64,000 bases of DNA from Candidatus Iainarchaeum sp. Its GTDB lineage: Archaea > Iainarchaeota > Iainarchaeia > Iainarchaeales > VGJJ01. The stretch is from assembly GCA_016867455.1 (NCBI GenBank), contig VGJJ01000001.1, forward strand, positions 3,337 through 67,336. The letters run 5' to 3'. Made by a program: the position numbers and the translations under genes. Below the pieces are notes generated by a model. The model was not told where the DNA came from. It saw only the letters and a program-made list of their open reading frames with translations, and did no database searches. This document shows, one piece after another, positions 8,034 to 18,200 of this stretch. Positions within the stretch are counted from its first letter, which is position 1. Every line of letters starts with the position of its first letter.

Positions 8034-11021
8034 TTATTCTGTCACTATTTCAGGCGCGGCCCGCAATCCAATGACGGAACTATTATTGCTGCTCTTGGCC
8101 ACCCCCACTATTCGGTCGGCGACTTTGACAATGCTATCATTGTGTGTAATGGAAATGAATTGCGAGGACTTGGACATTTCTCTAATCAACGCACCAATTT
8201 TTCTGGAATTATTCATGTCTAATGCCGCGTCCACTTCATCAAAGAAATAAAATGGCGCAGGCTCGTACAATTGTATAGCAAAAATGAACGCTAACGAAGT
8301 AAGTGACTTTTCCCCTCCGGACATAGAATCAATATTCTTCAGGCTTTTTTCCAAACCATGCTTGGCTTCGATGAGGAGTCCGGATTCCAGTGGTTTCGCT
8401 GGGTCCGTGAGTTCGAGTTTAGCGGTTCCATCAAAAAACCCGGTGTATATTTTGTTGAAATTCTCGCTTATTTTGTCAAATGTCCCCATGAATGTTTCAT
8501 TGCGCTTAGCATCAATGCTGTTAATCAAATCCAGCACCGCGAGTCTTTCCACGTCCAGTGTTTGAGACTTCTGCTTGATGTCCAATACATCTTTTTCATA
8601 CTGCGAAAAATCCTCCAGCGCCTTCATGTTGACGGTTCCTAATTGCCTGATTTCATGTTCAATCACCGGAATGCGCTTCTTCAATTCCAACGTGTCATTT
8701 TTTTCCAGTGTTTTGACTCCCTCAAAATTCTTCAATTCTTCGTTGACATCCGTTAAGCGTGTATCGTACTTGGATTGGTCAATCTTGATTTCATTCACCT
8801 GCCCTTCGATGCGAAACGCTTTTTCCTGCCATGCGCGCTCCTTTTCGCGTTCGCTGGTTATTTTTTGCCCCACCCTATCGCGCTTTTGGAGCAATGCTTG
8901 ATTGGCGTGAAGCATTCTATCATATTCTTGTTCCACTTGCGCGAGTTTTTTAATTAACTCTTCGCGCTTCTTTTCCTCTTGCTTTCGTGTTTCTTCCGTG
9001 TGTTTTTCTTCTTCTTTTACATGCTTCATTCTTGAGCTTGCTTGCACGAGCGCGTTATCGTGCACGCTTTTTTGGGTTTGGTATTGGAATAATTGCTTCT
9101 CGATGCGCGACTTTTCCTCGTTGAGCGAGTTAAGGGTTTGGTCCATCGTGGTTTGATTGAGTGCATCGCGGAGTTTATTGAGTTTTACTTCTAATACGTC
9201 GAGTGTTTTCTTTTCTTCAACCAATTTTTCTTCTAACTTTTTTCTTTCTCCGATTAATGAAACACTGCCCTCATCTTTTTCGCTCACTCTTGCTTTTTCC
9301 AACTCAGTAATGAGTATTTTTTCTTGTTTGGCATACTCGCTCATTTTTTCCTCGCTCACCGCGAGACGTTTCATGAGTGTTTCCGCGCGATGCAGTGCAT
9401 CCCATTCTTCGTGAAGTTTTTTCTTTTCTTCTTCCCATTTCTTTGCATGCAGGCGGGCTTCCTCAATGGCTTCCTTTTTTTGTTTAGCTAGTTCTTTTTT
9501 GTGCTCTTCCTTTAATTCGCGTTCGCAGATGGGGCAGTGGCTCTTGGTTTTTCCTAGTTGTGTCAAACTTTCCGTGTGCGCAAACACATGTCCATGGTGT
9601 TCAGCGACGTGGTGTTCAACTTCTTTCATTTCTTGTGAAATTTTTACCCGAGCTTTTTCTACATGGGGGTATTTTTTCTGGAGTTTCTCCAACTCTTCAA
9701 CATCATTCTTTAACAAACTAATTTCGCGTTTAACATTAACGATTTGCTTCTCTAATCGTTCACGCATGAGCTGAGTTAATTCATTGGAACGGCGGATGTT
9801 TTCCACTTTGGCATGAATATGGGCAATCTTTTCCCGAGTATGGGTCACCGTGTCGCGTGCGAATTGAACATCTTTCTCTATTTTTTGGGATTCGTTCAAT
9901 AATTCTACTTTTTTCTTGAGGGAATCGGCTTGCTTCTGGCGCAGAGGGGAGATTTTCCCCTCAATTTCAGCAAATTGGCTTTGCAACTGTTTGGATTCTT
10001 CATCTACTTTAACTATTCCTTCTTTGGCGTGCGTGGTGATGTGTTCAATTTCTTTTCTTGTATGAGTAAGTTCTTCTAGTTTTTGGGACGCGTGATGGAT
10101 GCGTTCTTCCGTGATGCGTATTTCGGATTTATTTTCTTCCACGCTCTTTCCCACGCTTTCGTACGCGTGGCTTTTAACGCCTAACACTTTTTGGTCTAAT
10201 TCCGTGAACTCTTTTTCCATTTCTTGAATAGCTTGTTGAGCGTCTTTTTGCTTGGTGATAGCCTCCTCTTTTTTTCCAATCAATTCCACTTGCCGCGTTA
10301 CAAGCCCTTCTAATTTCACATTCAACTCATGGGCTTCCGTGTGCAAGATAGTGGCTTTTGTTTCACGCAATTCTTTTTCGAGTTTTTTGAATTTGGATGC
10401 AATATCTCTTTCTTTCCCCAATTGTTCAATAATGGCCATGCGTTCGTTCAAAACAATGGTGACGTCTTTTACCTTTCGATCCACTTTTTCCAAGTCTTTT
10501 AGTGCCTCGTTTTTCTTTTCCTCAAATTCTTGCAGTCCCGCCACTTCATCAATGAGTTCTCTTCTCTCAATAGGATTCATGTCAATAATTCGCATGAGGT
10601 CTCCTTGCGAAACGAGATTGTGTCCATCCACGCGCAAACCTAGTTCATGCAGCAAATTCTGAATCTCTCCTAACGTGACTCGTTTTTCATTCAAACGATA
10701 CACGGATTTTCCCTGCTTGTCAATGGTGCGCGATAATTCATACGAGTTTTCTTTTCCTTGGAGAGTGAGATTAACCACTGCATAGTTTTCTCCCGCGGGG
10801 GCGCCGGAAAACACTAAGTCGGTTAAACGTGCGGCGCGGATGGATTTCAGGCTTGTTTCTCCCAATGCAAATAATACCGCGTCCATGATGTTGCTTTTTC
10901 CGCTGCCATTCGCTCCGGCAATGGCGGTAAATCCTTTCGTGAAGGGAATGGTGACGTTCTTGAATGATTTAAAATTTTTGAGACGAAGCTTGGTGAGCGT
11001 TAGTTCGGTTATTTCACTCAT
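8034..11021 (-). CDS. rad50: Rad50-like SMC-family ATPase (Walker A, coiled coil, CxxC zinc hook, signature motif)
   Basis: N-terminal Walker A AGANGSGKSN. Central CPICERELKEEHKK hook in the middle of a long coiled coil. C-terminal signature SGGEKSLTSLAFIFA and Walker B FYFFDEVDAALD. Confidence 0.75.
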   Translation of the reverse strand: MSEITELTLTKLRLKNFKSFKNVTIPFTKGFTAIAGANGSGKSNIMDAVLFALGETSLKSIRAARLTDLVFSGAPAGENYAVVNLTLQGKENSYELSRTIDKQGKSVYRLNEKRVTLGEIQNLLHELGLRVDGHNLVSQGDLMRIIDMNPIERRELIDEVAGLQEFEEKKNEALKDLEKVDRKVKDVTIVLNERMAIIEQLGKERDIASKFKKLEKELRETKATILHTEAHELNVKLEGLVTRQVELIGKKEEAITKQKDAQQAIQEMEKEFTELDQKVLGVKSHAYESVGKSVEENKSEIRITEERIHHASQKLEELTHTRKEIEHITTHAKEGIVKVDEESKQLQSQFAEIEGKISPLRQKQADSLKKKVELLNESQKIEKDVQFARDTVTHTREKIAHIHAKVENIRRSNELTQLMRERLEKQIVNVKREISLLKNDVEELEKLQKKYPHVEKARVKISQEMKEVEHHVAEHHGHVFAHTESLTQLGKTKSHCPICERELKEEHKKELAKQKKEAIEEARLHAKKWEEEKKKLHEEWDALHRAETLMKRLAVSEEKMSEYAKQEKILITELEKARVSEKDEGSVSLIGERKKLEEKLVEEKKTLDVLEVKLNKLRDALNQTTMDQTLNSLNEEKSRIEKQLFQYQTQKSVHDNALVQASSRMKHVKEEEKHTEETRKQEEKKREELIKKLAQVEQEYDRMLHANQALLQKRDRVGQKITSEREKERAWQEKAFRIEGQVNEIKIDQSKYDTRLTDVNEELKNFEGVKTLEKNDTLELKKRIPVIEHEIRQLGTVNMKALEDFSQYEKDVLDIKQKSQTLDVERLAVLDLINSIDAKRNETFMGTFDKISENFNKIYTGFFDGTAKLELTDPAKPLESGLLIEAKHGLEKSLKNIDSMSGGEKSLTSLAFIFAIQLYEPAPFYFFDEVDAALDMNNSRKIGALIREMSKSSQFISITHNDSIVKVADRIVGVAKSSNNSSVIGLRAAPEIVTE

Positions 11022-11035
11022 TTTTGATCATCTCA

Positions 11036-11830
11036 TTATTTTTTTCTCCGCGCGTGGCGCGTAATGTTTGGCGCAAGTGGTTCCGGCGCCGCCAATGCGA
11101 GCACGGTTCCGGAATAAAATAATCCAATGGATGAGAACACGAATAAAATAATAGTGAGAATGGTTTCATCTTCAATATTCTGTGTAATTAGTTCGCCCGC
11201 TCCTTGAATGATAGTTGTTATTAGCAGCATTAGAAATAGGAGCACGAGCACGTGCACTAATTTTCCTCGCGTGGCATTCCATGATTGCGCTAACGCATCT
11301 TTGGGCAGGAGTCCCATTCCTAAATAGGTGGGTGCGAATGAAAATTTGAGTATGCTCAACGCAATAATTAATCCTGCAATCGCATTGAATACGGTTGCCA
11401 TGAGGGTGAGTATTCCCCCGCTGATGGATAATTCATTCACTGCACGCAGCACGACAAACAATCCCAGAAGCATGGCGATGAATACGATGGCAAATGCCGC
11501 GCACGAAGATAGGAGGGAATTTTTATTCGTTGAGAGTACGTTCATTCGGCGCGAAACAATGCTCATACTATAGAGCGAGAAAAACAAGCTCCCAAACAAG
11601 AGTAGTAGGGCGCGTGCTAGGAGCAGGGTGTCTGTGGAGTAAAGGAGCGTGTCCCCGCCCCCTTGCGTGAATGCATTGTAAATATCCCCATTCAGGAGGT
11701 ATAATACCCCGTGTATTCCGGTGAGAGCGAGAATAATCCCATACGTGGGGAGGTATTTCAGCATCTGCCCCGGTGCGCGAATAATAGACGATAGCATGTC
11801 ATTAACCCTCAGCGTGGGCACCCAACCCAT
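11036..11830 (-). CDS. Hypothetical polytopic membrane protein, 15 nt upstream of rad50 on the same strand
   Basis: Multiple hydrophobic helices, no recognisable motif. The basic C-terminus RHARRKK is probably cytoplasmic. Confidence 0.5.
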   Translation of the reverse strand: MGWVPTLRVNDMLSSIIRAPGQMLKYLPTYGIILALTGIHGVLYLLNGDIYNAFTQGGGDTLLYSTDTLLLARALLLLFGSLFFSLYSMSIVSRRMNVLSTNKNSLLSSCAAFAIVFIAMLLGLFVVLRAVNELSISGGILTLMATVFNAIAGLIIALSILKFSFAPTYLGMGLLPKDALAQSWNATRGKLVHVLVLLFLMLLITTIIQGAGELITQNIEDETILTIILFVFSSIGLFYSGTVLALAAPEPLAPNITRHARRKK

Positions 11831-11857
11831 CCTTTGGACGAATTTGCTGTTTTTAAG

Positions 11858-11928
11858 GCAGGCCGGTAACCTCCGGCCGCGCAGACAGACTACTATCGAG
11901 GGGTCTTCGACCCCTCACACCGGTTTTT
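11858..11928 (+). ncRNA. Two-hairpin sRNA-like element 'A' (GGCCGG-TAACCT-CCGGCC hairpin, GGGGTCTTCGACCCC hairpin, T5 tail)
   Basis: Two perfect hairpins followed by CACACC and TTTTT. It sits in a divergent intergenic region upstream of rpl44e. It is a paralogue of elements at 22555, 22828, 22895 and 23118. Confidence 0.3.
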
Positions 11929-11952
11929 GATCGAACTTTTGGCAAAAGTTCG
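11924..11952. terminator. AT-rich GATC palindrome TTTTTGATCGAACTTTTGGCAAAAGTTCG (family member)
   Basis: Perfect inverted repeat CGAACTTTT / AAAAGTTCG seen directly. It immediately follows the T-tract of element A. Confidence 0.45.
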
Positions 11953-12002
11953 GGTGGCTTTTTAAGTGTTTTCCATGCGTTTTTCATAGTGCGTGAACCC
12001 GT

Positions 12003-12284
12003 ATGAAGATGCCTAAAACCAAGAAATTATACTGTAAGAAGTGTAATTCTCACACCGAACAAAAACTCAAATTGTTTAAATCCGGCCAAGCCCGCGCCAT
12101 GGCAATAGGAACGCGTCGAAATGTTCGAAAGCACAAGAAAGGTTTTGGTGGAAAGGCCAAGTTTGTGATTAAAGTCAAGAAGCAAACTAAGAAACCCGCT
12201 TTCGTAGCCGAATGCCCCACCTGTAAAAGCAAGCGCTACTACGTCATTCCCAAGCGAATGAAAAAAGTAGATATGGGCGCATAA
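12003..12284 (+). CDS. rpl44e: Ribosomal protein L44e (eL42)
   Basis: MKMPKTKKLYCKKCNSHTEQ...CPTCK. Two CxxC zinc-ribbon pairs. Basic ~93 aa protein specific to archaea and eukaryotes. Confidence 0.85.
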   Translation: MKMPKTKKLYCKKCNSHTEQKLKLFKSGQARAMAIGTRRNVRKHKKGFGGKAKFVIKVKKQTKKPAFVAECPTCKSKRYYVIPKRMKKVDMGA

Positions 12285-12480
12285 TCGGGTTTTGATCAAA
12301 CTTCATGGCATCCCAAAAGGTTTGTCATGCCAGCAAACATTGTTTGCTTGGTTCTCAAAAGTTTGATGGACATGGGCGCATAAGGTCGTTTTTTCCCCAG
12401 GCTTTTTGAAAAAGGCTGGTGGGTATGGGCGCATAAAATTAATTTTAGTGGTATTGAAATTCAACACCACGTCAACTTTT

Positions 12481-12993
12481 TCAAATAAATATTTTGTATA
12501 TTCCAATCATTATTCCGTGGAAAAAATCCTTCGAAACGATTTTGATTCGGCCATCCTTAATGTATTGAGGCAAAGCTGCCTCAAATCCCAATTTTTCTCG
12601 GCTTTCTTCGTATGTTGCAGCGTCTAAATCTATTTCCATGGTTGAATTGGAGAGTTCTCCTAATGTGAATGAGCGAACTTCTTCATCTTTTATCACAATA
12701 CCAAATTGTTTGGTGATAGATGGAGTAACTTTAAAGTTCACTTGAATACGCTGATTATTCAATATTGACTTGACGGGCCATGAAAACGATTGAAATCGCT
12801 GAGAGATTTCTATAAACCCATAATCATATTTTTGCACATCAATTAGGTTTCCTTGGCTATCAAACAAATTATCGATACTCGAAGACCATGAAGCCCATTG
12901 CTCGACTTCCTCAGAAGTTAGTGCGTGCACGGCAGTCACACTGGCAACCAAAAATAAACTAACCAAAATTATTCCAAAATACATTTTATCCAT
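12481..12993 (-). CDS. Small secreted protein, paralogue of 5151..5675
   Basis: Signal peptide MDKMYFGIILVSLFLVASVTAVHA. Conserved blocks shared with the 5151..5675 product. Confidence 0.6.
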   Translation of the reverse strand: MDKMYFGIILVSLFLVASVTAVHALTSEEVEQWASWSSSIDNLFDSQGNLIDVQKYDYGFIEISQRFQSFSWPVKSILNNQRIQVNFKVTPSITKQFGIVIKDEEVRSFTLGELSNSTMEIDLDAATYEESREKLGFEAALPQYIKDGRIKIVSKDFFHGIMIGIYKIFI

Positions 12994-13006
12994 ATTTTCA
13001 TCTCCT

Positions 13007-15517
13007 TCATTTTTTCATTTCATTTAATCGTTTTTGTTCAAGGGTAAAATGGTCGATATACGCATTCGCACATACCCTATTGTCAGGCTCGCTTGGAATT
13101 CTCATGCGGCTGCACCACTCTTGAGCCGATGATTCAAGTTGAGGAGCCCCTTCTTCAACTGGTTCTTCCCCTTCCCACGGGTCAATGGGTGGGTTATTGG
13201 GGAAAAAGTATGGAACAATTGGATAATACCAACCACAATCAATTCCCGGGTAGTAATATCCAGTAAATGCTTGGGTTGAGGGAAGCGTGTCGTAATTTCC
13301 GCACTGTTGCGTGTTCAAATTGCATGTTTTGTATGGACATTGACTATCTTGCGTGCACGTAAATAATGGCGGAGCACTACTTGGTGGAATAGTAATCGTC
13401 CCCGAAACACCACCCCAATAATTTCCAACAGGAGAAAATGTATTCGGATAAGACATATACAAATATTCAGTTGAACCCACCCCTCGTATGAGTGGAGCGT
13501 CCTCGTAACATTGACACGTATTCGATGTCGCGTTCCCAATCAATCCTGGTGCGCATTCACACAGATTAGTGGTTGCGTTGCATGTTGAATCTCCATTGAA
13601 TGCCCACGAAAAACCGCACTCATTATCGTACGTGCAAGCCGTATTGTACTTGCAGTGATACTGATTGTAAGACGCTGCAAACGCAGCTTCGTCCCATTGA
13701 TCTTCATACGTGTTTTTTCCCGTATCCGATGCTTGCGGGTTCTGCATATTGGCATAAATATTGTTGGCAAAAAAACCGCCGCCGTAAAGGCCGTCAATTT
13801 TGACGCCTTGTCTGGCATTATTGAATATGTGATTATTTGAAATGCGGGCCACATACTCCCACGGCGTGTTGGGTAAAACATTGATGAAATTCAACTCTAA
13901 ACCAGTTGAACCATTATTGATAATTCTATTTTTTGAAATATCCTCAATACTCATTGGGGTTGAAATAGTTGGATACCCATCATAAAAAAATCCTTGTTGA
14001 GCGTTATTCGAAAAATCATTGCATAAAACGTCTGATAGTGTATTTTGTGCTGTGTTGCTTGCGTAAAAGCCTCTTTCTCCATTGTTATTAACTTGATTCA
14101 AGAATGTATTTCGTGCGATACTGTAATCAAGATGTACGCCGTTTTTTCCATTCGCGGAAATAGTATTCTTGTAGAGGAAACGATAGGCCCCAGAATATCC
14201 TCCAGTTTCTCCAACTAATACTCCTTCTTCGATATTATTTTGGATAGTATTTTCTAGCACATCAGTAGAAAATCCCCCTTCCCGTAAAAATAGTCCAGTT
14301 TTATTATTTGTAATAGTATTTTGTTGAATAACAGTGTACTCTTCAAACTTATTGGTGAATGGTACTGAAGCATAGGCGGGTGTTGCACCCAAGAGAACAC
14401 CTATACCCTGTGTGCCATTCCCAGCCGTAATTATATTTTCTTTAATTAGAGTAGAATGCCAGTATTGCTGTGACAACTGAAAATAAAATACAGAATACCC
14501 TTGTAAAATAATTCCTGCTTTGGCATTGCCGCGAATGGTATTTTTGAGTATTTGAACGCCGCTGTTAAAGTATTCCTGCAAATATCCGTATGGATTATTT
14601 TCAGAACCTGTAAAAATTGCTTGGGCCTGAATACCTGCCGTATTTTTTTCTATCCTGTTTTCAGAAATTTCAGTATCAAGGCCATATGTCTCGATTCCGA
14701 TGCCATTTTCTCGAATAGTAGCGCGAGTAATTTTCTGATTCTTTCCTACAGTTGGGATGCTGCACAGAATGGGCCCTCCATTTTGTCCTGTTGAACAAAC
14801 ACTATTGGGGAAAGTGAAATTGGAAGGATACACTCCTACTAAGATGCCTGTTGAATTTTTTGAAATAATTCCGCCGCTAATTAGACTGTTACTTCCTTGA
14901 AGTTCAAAACCATTCGTAGTATTCTTCACCACATTATCTTGATACAAATTATTCGACGATTGTGGTTCTTCAAAAATTCCCGTTTGCGCTCCATCAATCG
15001 TGTTTTGAATCACGCGCATATTTTTATTCGCTGAGAGTGAAACAGCATTCAAAAATTTTCCTTGAAAGGCGCACTTTTCAATGGACGCACCATCTCCAAT
15101 GAGTTTTACCCCGTCGAAAAGATACGGCGACGCGCCCCCATAAATCAAATTGACGCCGCTCTGACATTTCAACGCGGAATTGGCTGAAACACTGATGGGC
15201 GAGGTTAGCGTGTAGGTTCCCGTGCATAAAACATGTGTTCCATTCACAGTAGTGGGAAGAACATATGTACACGCGGGAGTGGGGGGAGGAGCCGCTACAC
15301 GAGTCCCCGTTGGAGTGGCTGAAGAAATAGATAACTGCGTCACATTTCCCGTGTTCACTAAACTAGAAACAAAAAGAAACGCAAACGCGAACACGAGCAC
15401 GGTCAAAATAGCTCCCTGCATGCGCGTGTCTGCTTTCATGTGGTGAAAAAATCGTTCAAGAATTAAAAGACAGACACCCGCGAAACAAGGCAAAACACCC
15501 CCAATTCCCGCCACCAC
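13007..15517 (-). CDS. Large secreted surface protein with parallel beta-helix repeats and a C-terminal Cys-rich (EGF-like) region
   Basis: N-terminal TM/signal (likely start MKADTRMQGAIL at about 15439). Many N/G/T-rich ~22-aa repeats typical of right-handed beta-helix (NosD/pectate-lyase-like) proteins. C-terminal cluster CKYNTACTYDNECG...CECAPG...CQC. Confidence 0.7.
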   Translation of the reverse strand: MVAGIGGVLPCFAGVCLLILERFFHHMKADTRMQGAILTVLVFAFAFLFVSSLVNTGNVTQLSISSATPTGTRVAAPPPTPACTYVLPTTVNGTHVLCTGTYTLTSPISVSANSALKCQSGVNLIYGGASPYLFDGVKLIGDGASIEKCAFQGKFLNAVSLSANKNMRVIQNTIDGAQTGIFEEPQSSNNLYQDNVVKNTTNGFELQGSNSLISGGIISKNSTGILVGVYPSNFTFPNSVCSTGQNGGPILCSIPTVGKNQKITRATIRENGIGIETYGLDTEISENRIEKNTAGIQAQAIFTGSENNPYGYLQEYFNSGVQILKNTIRGNAKAGIILQGYSVFYFQLSQQYWHSTLIKENIITAGNGTQGIGVLLGATPAYASVPFTNKFEEYTVIQQNTITNNKTGLFLREGGFSTDVLENTIQNNIEEGVLVGETGGYSGAYRFLYKNTISANGKNGVHLDYSIARNTFLNQVNNNGERGFYASNTAQNTLSDVLCNDFSNNAQQGFFYDGYPTISTPMSIEDISKNRIINNGSTGLELNFINVLPNTPWEYVARISNNHIFNNARQGVKIDGLYGGGFFANNIYANMQNPQASDTGKNTYEDQWDEAAFAASYNQYHCKYNTACTYDNECGFSWAFNGDSTCNATTNLCECAPGLIGNATSNTCQCYEDAPLIRGVGSTEYLYMSYPNTFSPVGNYWGGVSGTITIPPSSAPPLFTCTQDSQCPYKTCNLNTQQCGNYDTLPSTQAFTGYYYPGIDCGWYYPIVPYFFPNNPPIDPWEGEEPVEEGAPQLESSAQEWCSRMRIPSEPDNRVCANAYIDHFTLEQKRLNEMKK

Positions 15518-15551
15518 GCCCCTTTTTATTCCCCAAACGCATGCTTAACGC

Positions 15552-16601
15552 ATGACCTCCAAAACGAGTATTTTGTTAATAGTTTCTCAAAATCCGGGGA
15601 TTGATTACCAGGCATTATTGTCCAAGATTGCACCCAATTATGCTAATCTTAATTCCGCCCGCGCGGCTCTTTCCCGTGTCCTCAAAGATGCGGTCTCTTT
15701 TGGAATGGTGGCCAAGCAGAATCACCAGCTCTTTTTGACGGACAAAGGCAGTGCCTCGTTGAAAGTCAAGATGCACGATAAACTGGTGTTAAAACTCAAC
15801 CAATTAATGAATATTCGTTCCGTGGCCAGCAACCCCGATCCATTGGTACAGCATCTTTCTGTTTTACTCGAGCGCGGAAAAAGCGACCCGCGCTTATTTG
15901 ACAACGCCCGGGCGTCCGTCAATTTTTCAGTGGATGACGTGCTAAAAGTCCACGAGGGAGTGAAGCAGAACATTAAGCATTTGGAATACTTGGAGAAAAC
16001 GCTCGAAAATCAATTGTCCTCGTTGCGCGAACTCAATTTTCCCGGAGAAAGAGTCAAACACTTGTCCGCGTTCCACGAACACATTCCTCGATTGATTAAG
16101 GAATCATCCGCGGAAGAAATTCAAGTGGAACATTCCCAAGTGGATTTTTCCACGCAAACTAGCCATTCGCTCGTGCAGGGACTTTCTCCTATTTCCAAGG
16201 GAAGTCGCGCTGCGATTAATGCCCACCATTTGGGGGAGTTAACCACCCGCTTTTCTAATCAAAGTGATTTGGAAAACTTGCGCGTGTACATGGGTTTTTT
16301 TACCCTGGATTATTCCCCGCACCAAGTAAGTATTCGGGGGCCCTCGCAATTATTGGACAAGTTGGAAATAACCAACGACACTCGTTCCAGTGAGAATGTT
16401 AGCAGCACCGCTCCCGTGAGCGAACCAGGAGTGGTGACTAAAAGTAATTCGAGAAGCGAAAAGACAGTAGTCGAGGGAGATTATGCGGTTACTCTCCCAA
16501 CATTTCCCCTGCCGGAAATGCCATTGTATATTTCAGCGAGCGAAAATAAGTATCGCGACAACGTGTTTACGCCCGATGAGAATTCGGAAAAACGATTATG
16601 A
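15552..16601 (+). CDS. Hypothetical protein
   Basis: Long clean ORF with no recognisable catalytic motif. The N-terminal ~60 aa could be a winged-helix DNA-binding fold, which is inference only. Confidence 0.5.
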   Translation: MTSKTSILLIVSQNPGIDYQALLSKIAPNYANLNSARAALSRVLKDAVSFGMVAKQNHQLFLTDKGSASLKVKMHDKLVLKLNQLMNIRSVASNPDPLVQHLSVLLERGKSDPRLFDNARASVNFSVDDVLKVHEGVKQNIKHLEYLEKTLENQLSSLRELNFPGERVKHLSAFHEHIPRLIKESSAEEIQVEHSQVDFSTQTSHSLVQGLSPISKGSRAAINAHHLGELTTRFSNQSDLENLRVYMGFFTLDYSPHQVSIRGPSQLLDKLEITNDTRSSENVSSTAPVSEPGVVTKSNSRSEKTVVEGDYAVTLPTFPLPEMPLYISASENKYRDNVFTPDENSEKRL

Positions 16602-17831
16602 TGTGGCGCCTAATGCGCTCTGCAATTTGAGTTGTGCCGCTGCAAAATTTCCCTGCTGAGCGTCTCCGGATGCGAGGGCGATTGTTTTTTGCATTCCCCT
16701 CAGTTGAGCGTCGTACGCCATCGAATCTGATACTGCTTTCAGCCAAGGAGCTAGCCAGAATGCTCTTCCTGCGTTGAGCGTCCAATATTCCATGTTATCT
16801 TCCACTAGTTTCAATTGATGAGTAATGATTTGATGACGCTTTTCAACGGGCCAATCCATCATCTCACGCAAAACAGATGCTTTGACAATAAAATTTCTCG
16901 CGTAGCGGACGTATATCCATTGCTTCAGCGTGGACAAGCGATAAAGTGCTCCCTTTTCGTTTGAAATTATTTCGCGGCTAATTTCATCATACAATCGTGC
17001 CAATTGTTTTCCTTCCGGAGTGGGAGTATGTTTTTCGAGCAGTTCATAATTTGCTGCCCGCGCTTGAAATGAGTGAGATATTTTTTCCCTATTTTCGCGC
17101 GAAAGTTCTCCGCGCCGAAGTTCACTCATCAAGCGGGTGGCTTCCTCTATTCGCTCAACACCTAATTGTCGGTGCCTCTGGCTCTCGTGCACGGCTAACT
17201 TGACATCGCGCACAATGCGCGGGCGCTGCCGGTTGAGCGCACTCAGACGAATGCCTAAATCATTAAACACGCCCCACAATTGGTTGACGAATGCAGGGCT
17301 GTTTCCTTCTTCTAATAATTCCGCTGCTCGAAGCAGTTTGGCTTGCGCGCCGCGCTTGGATTCTTTTCGCAGCCGCTTTCCCATTCCTCCAGCAATGGTT
17401 GTTAATAGTTCGACTAATTTTTTTCTCGCCGGACCCGCGGGAACGCCGCGCTGAATGAACATGTTGTGCATTTTTTGCACGCGCGTGGCGAGGCTTTCTA
17501 AATTCAAGTATTCGGCTGCCACGTTTTGGGAAATGTGTTTTTGTCTCCGCTCGAGTGTTGAGAAGCCCCATATGGTTGCCTTTCCCTCTTGCATGAGCTG
17601 CCCAAGTTCATGTCCTAATGTTTTGTAGCGCGGCCACTCAATTTTTCCCGCGGGAGAAATACTGACTCCTATTCGTGTAAGAACCATTGGAACAGCCGGC
17701 CGCGATACAATCAATTCTCCCCTTCGATAGGGCAATTCCATTCCGGGTTCGCGCTTAGTAAAACGGAGCGGTCGGCGGGGTGGTTTTCGCCCTCCTTTTC
17801 CGTTGGATGGAGATAGTGCCATTCCTTTCAT
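16596..17831 (-). CDS. Hypothetical protein (Arg/Lys/Glu-rich, helical)
   Basis: Long ORF that converges on and overlaps the stop of 15552..16601 by 6 nt. No motif recognised. Confidence 0.5.
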   Translation of the reverse strand: MKGMALSPSNGKGGRKPPRRPLRFTKREPGMELPYRRGELIVSRPAVPMVLTRIGVSISPAGKIEWPRYKTLGHELGQLMQEGKATIWGFSTLERRQKHISQNVAAEYLNLESLATRVQKMHNMFIQRGVPAGPARKKLVELLTTIAGGMGKRLRKESKRGAQAKLLRAAELLEEGNSPAFVNQLWGVFNDLGIRLSALNRQRPRIVRDVKLAVHESQRHRQLGVERIEEATRLMSELRRGELSRENREKISHSFQARAANYELLEKHTPTPEGKQLARLYDEISREIISNEKGALYRLSTLKQWIYVRYARNFIVKASVLREMMDWPVEKRHQIITHQLKLVEDNMEYWTLNAGRAFWLAPWLKAVSDSMAYDAQLRGMQKTIALASGDAQQGNFAAAQLKLQSALGATS

Positions 17832-17997
17832 TCGTCATCCGTGTTTAAATGGATTCTTCCACGAGGAATAGTATATTGGCCTATCGAGCGCAAGCGAAGA
17901 TAGTCCGTCAACCTTTTAGCAAAAGGTTGATCAAAAGAGTGCCTACCACCGCAACGCGGTTGGTAGTCCGTTAGCGTCAACCGATAATGCGGTTGTT

Positions 17998-18080
17998 GCG
18001 GAGTTGGCAGAGCGGTCAAATGCACTGGTCTCGAAAACCAGGGCCTCACGGCTACGAGAGTTCGAATCCCTCACTCCGCG
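17998..18080 (+). tRNA. tRNA-Ser (anticodon CGA), type II with long variable arm
   Basis: Acceptor GCGGAGT/ACTCCGC. Anticodon stem CTGGT/ACCAG with loop CTCGAAA. Variable arm ~14 nt. T-arm GAGAG-TTCGAAT-CCCTC. Discriminator G. No encoded CCA. Confidence 0.8.
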
Positions 18081-18200
18081 CTTCGCGCCATTATCCATCT
18101 GGCGGGTCGGTATAGAGGTATCGCAGCGCGATACCTCGGCTGAACGTTTCTTTTTGACCGCGCACCACTTTTTCTCACTCAAAGAAAAAGGGGCGCTTCT

